A DNA stretch of 44,560 nucleotides, taken from positions 1-44,560 of the forward strand of contig JAYPVM010000016.1 in NCBI GenBank assembly GCA_038134595.1, written 5' to 3'. The notes below the pieces were generated by a model. That model was given only the letters and a program-made list of their open reading frames with translations, ran no database searches and was not told the DNA's origin. The stretch comes from Pseudomonadota bacterium (GTDB lineage Bacteria > Bdellovibrionota_C > UBA2361 > OMII01). The translations under genes were made by a program, and so were the position numbers. Shown piece by piece: positions 38,735 to 44,560 of the stretch (the stretch's first letter is position 1; the number at the start of each line of letters is the position of its first letter).

Positions 38735-39778
38735 ATGCTTCCAACAAAATCTTACGCTGCTATGAGTGCAACTACCCCTTTAACCCCCTATGAGTTTAAC
38801 AGGCGCGCTGTGGGCGAAAATGATGTGCTAATAAAGATAGAATACTGCGGGGTGTGTCACTCCGACTTGCATCAAGCGCGTGGGGAATGGGGAGCGTCCG
38901 TCTTTCCGATGGTTCCGGGGCATGAGATCGTAGGGACAATTATGACAACAGGCTCAAACGTTACGAAAGCACAAGTCGGTGACTTCGTAGGAGTCGGCTG
39001 TTTCGTTGACTCGTGCCGAACATGTGGAAGTTGCAAAGAGGGTCTTGAACAATACTGCGAGGGGCACCTTTCATTTACCTACAACGGAACTGAAGCTGAC
39101 CAAGTAACCGTCACACAGGGTGGATACTCCTCTCAAATTGTAGTCGATGAAAATTATATCGTTCACGTCCCAACGAGTCTCGACAAGAAAGCTGTCGCAC
39201 CTCTACTGTGTGCGGGCATTACCACATACTCGCCCCTCATGAATTGGGGCATTGGAAAGGGAACGAAGCTAGCAGTACTCGGCTTAGGAGGACTTGGGCA
39301 TATGGGTGTCAAGTTCGGGGTTGCTCTAGGCGCTGAGCTCACTGTCATCAGCACCTCTGAAGCTAAGAAGCCTGATGCCGAGCGTTTGGGAGCACATGGA
39401 TTTCTTCTCTCTACCGATAGCGATGCTATGGCGGCCGCAACGGAGAGATTTGATTTCATCCTCGATACCGTCTCAGGTGAGCACGATCTCAACCAGACGC
39501 TTGGGCTTATTAAACGCGATGGAACGCTCATTGTCGTCGGAGTTCCCCCCAAGGCTCCAGAGGTCCATCCCTTCTCTCTCATACCTCGTCGAAGATCTAT
39601 AGCAGGCTCGATGATAGGTGGTATAGCCGAGACCCAAGCGATGCTTAACTTTTGCGCGGAACACGACATCGTTTCTGATGTGGAAGTAGTCGCAATCGCT
39701 GATATCAATAAAGCATTCGAGCGGATGGCAAAGGGAGATGTTCGGTATCGATTCGTTATCGACATGCAAACGCTATAA
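38735..39778 (+). CDS. Zn-dependent NAD(P)H alcohol dehydrogenase (cinnamyl-ADH/YahK-like)
   Basis: CGVCHSD, PGHEIVG, structural Zn C..C..C.......C, APLLCAGITTYSPL, GLGGLG, VRYRFVID. Confidence 0.95.
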   Translation: MLPTKSYAAMSATTPLTPYEFNRRAVGENDVLIKIEYCGVCHSDLHQARGEWGASVFPMVPGHEIVGTIMTTGSNVTKAQVGDFVGVGCFVDSCRTCGSCKEGLEQYCEGHLSFTYNGTEADQVTVTQGGYSSQIVVDENYIVHVPTSLDKKAVAPLLCAGITTYSPLMNWGIGKGTKLAVLGLGGLGHMGVKFGVALGAELTVISTSEAKKPDAERLGAHGFLLSTDSDAMAAATERFDFILDTVSGEHDLNQTLGLIKRDGTLIVVGVPPKAPEVHPFSLIPRRRSIAGSMIGGIAETQAMLNFCAEHDIVSDVEVVAIADINKAFERMAKGDVRYRFVIDMQTL

Positions 39779-39857
39779 CAACACTATCCGGAAACAGACC
39801 CGCCACAAGCCAAACCCTGGATTTGCCGCGCCAAACCGCGCGTGCATCGATAAAGAA

Positions 39858-40036
39858 CCGATGAGGGCCAGAAGGGCCAAGCCCCTAAGCAAGAGTGCCG
39901 AACGGAAAAAACGCACACACAAAGCTGATGGTGATAGCAATTAGATGGAGCGAACGCCCGATCAGGGCGAGAGGGGCAAAGCCCCTAGGCGAAAGTGCCG
40001 AACGGGAAATAGGCAAGAGTGCCGAACGGAAAAAAA
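39858..40036. repeat. imperfect direct repeats with hairpins, immediately 3' of tRNA-Ala
   Basis: about 52-bp units at 39858 and 39958 (44/52 identical) plus a 27-bp partial copy at 40010; core AGTGCCGAACGG occurs 3 times. Confidence 0.85.
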
Positions 40037-40037
40037 C

Positions 40038-40113
40038 TGGTGGACCTAAGCGGGGTCGAACCGCTGACCTCTACACTGCCAGTGTAGCGCTCTACCAACT
40101 GAGCTATAGGCCC
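40038..40113 (-). tRNA. tRNA-Ala(GGC)
   Basis: GGGCCTATAGCTCAGTTGGTAGAGCG..CTACA-CT-GGC-AG-TGTAG..GGTTCGACCC..TAGGTCCACCA; G3.U70 pair; encoded CCA; 76 nt. Confidence 0.97.
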
Positions 40114-40150
40114 TTTTCCTTTTTCTGATGGAAACCAACAGTGAGACGTG

Positions 40151-40179
40151 AAGATAAATCAAAGCGGTTAGGGTGTCAA
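40151..40179 (-). promoter_or_regulatory. sigma70 promoter for tRNA-Ala
   Basis: minus strand TTGACA-17 nt-TATCTT. Confidence 0.7.
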
Positions 40180-40282
40180 AACTAGTTCCCTATATTCTTA
40201 CAGTTTTATCACCCAATTTAATCGCAACAATTCTAACTAGCTGAGGCTCTCAGATTTATTCGACAATATATATCGATAGCAT

Positions 40283-40309
40283 TTGATACTTTCGTAAAGT
40301 TGCTATAAC
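40283..40309 (+). promoter_or_regulatory. putative extended -10 promoter for tRNA-Pro
   Basis: TGcTATAAC (TGn extended -10) with TTGATA upstream at short (15 nt) spacing. Confidence 0.5.
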
Positions 40310-40323
40310 GTGTCTCTCGGTCA

Positions 40324-40400
40324 CGGGCTGTGGCGCAGACCGGTAGCGCGTTCCCTTGGGGTGGGAGAGGTCGGAGGTTCAAATCCTCTCAGCCCGACCA
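40324..40400 (+). tRNA. tRNA-Pro(GGG)
   Basis: CGGGCTG acceptor / CAGCCCG-ACCA; anticodon arm TTCCC-TT-GGG-GT-GGGAG; GGTTCAAATCC T-arm; 77 nt. Confidence 0.96.
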
Positions 40401-40599
40401 ATTCTTCTTGTATTATTAGCAGCTTACAGACACAACTCTCAATCTTCGTTCTGTCACATTTTTCTCTTTAGTCAGTCGGCATATCAGTCGACTGTATAGG
40501 TACAGCAGAAGGCAGAAGGGGTCACACACTGGCCTTCTGGAAGAATGACCCCATGCACATACTGAACCTGTAAGGACTAGACTAAAGACGGAAACACTT

Positions 40600-40989
40600 A
40601 TGTCATTATCTTCAAACACCTCGGCACTCGTAATTGATGATGTTGCTTCCACTAGAGCACTCTTAATGGATATGCTGACTGAGCTGGGCATTTCTCGCTG
40701 CTTTGAAGCTGCAGATGGCTCAGAAGCTCTTGAAGTCTTAAAGGGTTGTGAGGTGGATCTTATCCTCTGTGATTACCTCATGGAGGGAATGAGCGGCATT
40801 GATTTTCTAAACTCATTAAAGGCGGTTTCCAACAGGACTCCTCCCGTTTTGTTGGTCAGCGCATTGGGTGATGTAAGTAGCGTTGAAACCGCTATCGGTT
40901 TAGGTGCGTGTGACTATTTAGTAAAGCCGGTAAGCTTCAGAAAACTGCGCCGAAAAGTTGAATCTGCTCTTGCCCCATCGCAGTGGTAA
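40600..40989 (+). CDS. CheY-like single-domain response regulator
   Basis: LVIDD, LILCDYLMEGMSG (phospho-Asp intact), VSA, DYLVKP. Confidence 0.9.
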   Translation: MSLSSNTSALVIDDVASTRALLMDMLTELGISRCFEAADGSEALEVLKGCEVDLILCDYLMEGMSGIDFLNSLKAVSNRTPPVLLVSALGDVSSVETAIGLGACDYLVKPVSFRKLRRKVESALAPSQW

Positions 40990-41046
40990 CCGAGTAAAAC
41001 ACAATGAGAGTGTAAAGCTCCTTAGTAGCTCTCTAGAGCAACTAGA

Positions 41047-42573
41047 TTACCTCCGCGCCTTAAAGTTTCTACGCACCGTCCGACCAGTATCAAATGACAC
41101 CCGACGCCGTGTAAATCGATAGGAGCGTTTCTTTACTCTTATCTGATACCGCCCATTGGGCAAATCGGTAAATGAGTACGAGCCATCCTTTGCGGTTCTC
41201 ATAGATTCAACCAATTCGGAACTTTCTTCCAACGATCTCAAAACGACTCTAGCATTTCGCAGCCCTCGCCCCTCTACCGTTTTGATTGTACCGTAGACCC
41301 TAGAAAGAGGTTCGGTAATCTGCGCCACCTGCACGGCTGCATACGCATCAACAATTCCTGCAGTGGCAACATACCCTTCTAGCTCGGGGGTAGTTTGAAC
41401 AGTTGACAGCAATATCGAACGCACCTGTGACACAGTCAAATTTGGATTAATCGATTTAATCAGTGCAACGATACCAGCAACGTGCGGTGTTGCCATTGAG
41501 GTGCCCGTTAACGTGCGATAACCCGACAATCCCAAACTCAAGACACCAGAACCTGGTGCCGCAACGTCGACTGAGGTCTCACCATAATTTGAATACGACG
41601 CTAACACTCCAGAGCTTGTCACGGCTCCGACCGATATAACGTTGGCGAGATCGAGATTTGCTGGATATATCGGATACGAATCATTATCGCTTGCCTCATT
41701 TCCAGCGGCCGCCAAAATCATAATATCGTGATTTCTCGCTCGCTCCGTTGCTCGATACAAAGCCGTCGAGGCTGAAGTTCCCCCCAAAGATAAATTAATT
41801 GCAGCAATTGGAACTCCTCTCTTCTTTAACTCGGTGACATAATCAATCGCCTTGATGACTGTAGAGATAAAGCCACCGCCATCCGCATCAAGAACCTTCA
41901 CAGGGACAACCCGTGCATTGAAAGCTACCCCTGCTACTCCAGTAGCATTATCACCAACAGCCGCCACGATTCCAGTAACATGCGTGCCATGCCCATTGTC
42001 ATCCTCAGGAGAGCCGTCTCGATTTACAAAATCACAACCGTAAATATCATCTACACATCCATTGTTATCATCATCCCGATTGTTACCTGCTCGCTCCCTT
42101 CGATTTCTCCACAAATTAGCGCGCAAATCTGGATGAGACAGGCTAGCACCAGAGTCGATCACGGCAACTACCACATCCCGAACGCCCGTAGTGATATCCC
42201 ACGCATCTGTTACTTGCGCGCTGTAGGGACCAAACAGCGAGGTCTGTGAGCTCAACAACGGATCGTTTGTTGAGCCTAAGGCAAACACACGTTGGTCAAG
42301 TTCCATTGCGATTACATCGCTTCTCTTTGCAACCTCAACTGCCCGATCAAAGGGCAAACGAACAACAACAGAACGCTCTGTAGGAATACGATCAATGTCT
42401 TGAAGCGCATGGCTCACTAGTGACCGTGCCTGCTCCTCAAAGGTTTCTCGCCCCTCTTTAAATGAGATAATGTACTGTGCATCCTGCGCAAGAGTGTCCG
42501 CCATCGGCATGACAACCATGAGAGCGACTGCTATCCAAATGCTAAACAACTGAGTTAATTGCTTTCGCTTCAT
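41047..42573 (-). CDS. secreted S8 subtilisin-like serine peptidase with C-terminal carboxypeptidase-regulatory-like beta domain
   Basis: signal peptide; VAVIDSG (D), HGTHVTG (H), AAAGN, GTSMATPH (S); C-term TAKDGSYSFTDLPNGRYQI; ORF track start 42594. Confidence 0.92.
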   Translation of the reverse strand: MKRKQLTQLFSIWIAVALMVVMPMADTLAQDAQYIISFKEGRETFEEQARSLVSHALQDIDRIPTERSVVVRLPFDRAVEVAKRSDVIAMELDQRVFALGSTNDPLLSSQTSLFGPYSAQVTDAWDITTGVRDVVVAVIDSGASLSHPDLRANLWRNRRERAGNNRDDDNNGCVDDIYGCDFVNRDGSPEDDNGHGTHVTGIVAAVGDNATGVAGVAFNARVVPVKVLDADGGGFISTVIKAIDYVTELKKRGVPIAAINLSLGGTSASTALYRATERARNHDIMILAAAGNEASDNDSYPIYPANLDLANVISVGAVTSSGVLASYSNYGETSVDVAAPGSGVLSLGLSGYRTLTGTSMATPHVAGIVALIKSINPNLTVSQVRSILLSTVQTTPELEGYVATAGIVDAYAAVQVAQITEPLSRVYGTIKTVEGRGLRNARVVLRSLEESSELVESMRTAKDGSYSFTDLPNGRYQIRVKKRSYRFTRRRVSFDTGRTVRRNFKARR

Positions 42574-42652
42574 ACCGTTACGACAGTCACCCATCCCAAT
42601 CCTAGCGAATTACACCCAGCCCGATGTTAAATCGCGCCACAGTTTCGACACT

Positions 42653-42716
42653 GTATAGAAGCTTAGCATTGTGTGGAAGCTTAACACTGCGTGGAAGCTT
42701 AACACTGCGTGGAAGT
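42653..42716. repeat. 18-bp tandem repeat spanning the dedA stop codon
   Basis: gtatagaagcttagcatt / gtgtggaagcttaacact / gcgtggaagcttaacact / gcgtggaagt. Confidence 0.85.
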
Positions 42717-43358
42717 TGACCGAGCTTGTCGACGCGCTCTTAGTATCTCAATAACACCCGGAAGAATAGAAACAAATATAATCGCTAGAATGACCAATTT
42801 GAAATTCTTTTGTACCAGGGGAGTTCCGCCAAAAAGATATCCACCGTATGTAAAAAGCCCTACCCAAGCTAGCGCTCCAACTATGTTATACATGGCAAAC
42901 TTCGCGTATGACATCGTTCCCACTCCAGCAAGAAACGGAGCAAATGTTCTCACGATCGGGACAAATCTCGCTATGACAATCGTTTTCGATCCATATTTCT
43001 CAAAATACCGTTGCGTCTTCGCTAAATACTCGGGCTTAAAAATCTTTGATCCCTTTCGCTCGAAAACAGCCGGGCCGATCTTACGCCCTATTGCGTAGTT
43101 CACAGCATCTCCTATCACTGCGGCGACTAACAAAAGAATCGCCAACAAATGAACGTGAAACGCTCCCTGACTCGCCAAAGCACCCGCCGCGAATAAAAGC
43201 GAATCGCCAGGAAGAAAGGGAGTTACAACCAGCCCCGTCTCACAAAAAACAATCACAAACAAAATACCGTAGGCCATCGATCCATACGCGTTTGCAAGTT
43301 CAGTTAAATGCTTGTCGATATGTATGATAAAATCTATCAATGAGTACAAAAAATGCAT
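42699..43358 (-). CDS. dedA: DedA family membrane protein
   Basis: [45 protein letters not shown]. Confidence 0.95.
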   Translation of the reverse strand: MHFLYSLIDFIIHIDKHLTELANAYGSMAYGILFVIVFCETGLVVTPFLPGDSLLFAAGALASQGAFHVHLLAILLLVAAVIGDAVNYAIGRKIGPAVFERKGSKIFKPEYLAKTQRYFEKYGSKTIVIARFVPIVRTFAPFLAGVGTMSYAKFAMYNIVGALAWVGLFTYGGYLFGGTPLVQKNFKLVILAIIFVSILPGVIEILRARRQARSTSTQC

Positions 43359-43557
43359 AGAAACTCCGAGCGCACTTCTATCACGTAAGCACTAGGAAAT
43401 GGCCCTTTGGCAAAACTCCCTGCCCACACTAAAGGAATACTACCTATTTTAGAGGCAGCGCGACACCTCACAAGGCTTCTGCTTTGTTATATCGTTATTG
43501 AGTCGGTTTGCGCAATTAGGCTAAAAACAGACCAGAAAAAGCAGCAATTATACTCTA

Positions 43558-44469
43558 TTAGAGGATATTTGTCTCAAAGCCAGTCGAGCTCTCTACTATC
43601 GTTTCCTCTTGAAGCCTTTGAATCTGTTCAAGACCTTGTACTAAGAGGATTTGCCCAGTTTTTTGAGCCCATCCGATAGCGTTCATTCCATCTTGATCTT
43701 CTAGTGAGATGTCTGCCCCGAGTTCTACGAGGTCAAAAGCAACTTTTTCGTGTCCATTTTTTATCGCGGCAATCAGCGCTGTGGTGCCATTTGGGCTCTG
43801 TCCATTAACCTCCACACCGTCATCTACTAATCGACGTACAGTTTGCACATCTCCACTAGAGGCCGCTCTCATAAATGCCGTCCAAAAGGTTCCAGCAACT
43901 CCACTCGTCACGGGTCGGGATGGAGTTGGATTTGCTCCTACTCCTGGGGAAAACTTCTCTGTCATACTTCCTTCTTCTTCTTTTCTTACTCCAAATAAAT
44001 CTTTAATCGAGGGGTCTGCTTCGGATTCAGCCCACGATACAGCACTCCACCCATCAAAATTTTTAATCGTAGGGTCCGCTCCCAGCTCCAGTAATGTCCG
44101 AATTACCTTGCGGTCTCGTCGCATGGTTGCCGCCAATATCGCCGTATTTCCATTGCTATGCGGGAAATTGATCTCCGCGCCATGGCGAACCAAGCTCATA
44201 ATCACGGGAACGTGCCCCCTTTCAGATGCCTCAAGAAGCGCTGTAGCACCAAATTTATTTCGCTTGTTTACCTTAACGCCGCTTTCAAGAAGAAACGAAA
44301 CGATGTTTATCCTACCCCGAGCAGATGCAAGTATTATGGCAGAGCTACCGTATTTTAGCTCACAATCCAAATCAAAACCAATTCTCTGCAACTCTACGAG
44401 CGCCTCGACATTCTCATCCCTGATAGCTTCTACCAGCTGTTTTTGCTCAGGCGTATATTTAATTCCCAT
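43558..44469 (-). CDS. ankyrin repeat protein
   Basis: repeated G.TAL..A...G...VV..L...GA..N units in two blocks separated by a Pro/Gly/Ser linker. Confidence 0.9.
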   Translation of the reverse strand: MGIKYTPEQKQLVEAIRDENVEALVELQRIGFDLDCELKYGSSAIILASARGRINIVSFLLESGVKVNKRNKFGATALLEASERGHVPVIMSLVRHGAEINFPHSNGNTAILAATMRRDRKVIRTLLELGADPTIKNFDGWSAVSWAESEADPSIKDLFGVRKEEEGSMTEKFSPGVGANPTPSRPVTSGVAGTFWTAFMRAASSGDVQTVRRLVDDGVEVNGQSPNGTTALIAAIKNGHEKVAFDLVELGADISLEDQDGMNAIGWAQKTGQILLVQGLEQIQRLQEETIVESSTGFETNIL

Positions 44470-44560
44470 CTAGTAATCCACAATAAAAAGCAATTCACTT
44501 CCGTAACTATGTAGTCGTCAGAATTGGGGAATTACATGAGGAAAAAGTTACAGCGCTCCA

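Noticed and set aside
39163..39765. 200-aa antisense ORF inside the ADH gene
   Set aside because: Shadow frame of a well-conserved gene, with no motifs
39858..40036. CRISPR array or c-di-GMP riboswitch interpretation of the repeats
   Set aside because: Only 2.5 degenerate units with irregular spacing, no cas genes, no c-di-GMP-I GGCAAAC…GAAA…GACGCAAAG architecture, and not in a 5' UTR
37700..40113. Genomic island integrated at tRNA-Ala
   Set aside because: No integrase, and no duplicate of the tRNA 3' end noticed in the window
40467..40494. sigma28-like TTTAG-N15-GTCGAC upstream of the CheY-like gene
   Set aside because: Too many mismatches to consensus to support
43709..44473. 254-aa antisense ORF over the ankyrin gene
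   Set aside because: Codon-aligned shadow ORF, Ser/Pro-rich, no motifs

Overview
Bacterial chromosomal window of moderate GC. Lipoproteins, an LPS-type glycosyltransferase, short flagellins and sigma54 promoters suggest a Gram-negative, flagellated organism, tentatively Bdellovibrionota/deltaproteobacteria-like. Left part (~1.7-18.6 kb): a cell-surface glycan locus with wzm/wzt, a DUF616+GT2 fusion, a GT-C-like membrane transferase, GT4, pyruvyltransferase, DPM-like GT2, a UPF0104 flippase-like protein, two methyltransferases, a large methyltransferase-coiled coil-TPR-GT4 fusion and wecB. Middle part: cobB, fbaB, and an atypical flagellar filament block (alphaCTD-like ORF, fliD, lytic transglycosylase, two 287-aa flagellins, two sigma54 promoters, CsrA-like leader hairpin). 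It continues with a degenerate RNB (RNase II/R) protein and the clpS-clpA/aat N-degron genes. Right part: a pseudo-receiver, nagZ, carbamoyltransferase plus an SxtJ-like gene, a GT2, two small lipoproteins (one metallothionein-like), an alcohol dehydrogenase, tRNA-Ala(GGC) with a downstream repeat array, tRNA-Pro(GGG), a CheY-like protein, an S8 protease, dedA and an ankyrin protein. No integrase, transposase, CRISPR array or rRNA was seen. The best novelty candidates are the Cys/His-rich lipoprotein, the RNB pseudo-nuclease, the glycan terminator/ruler-like fusion and the tRNA-adjacent structured repeats. All calls come from reading motifs by eye, with no database searches.
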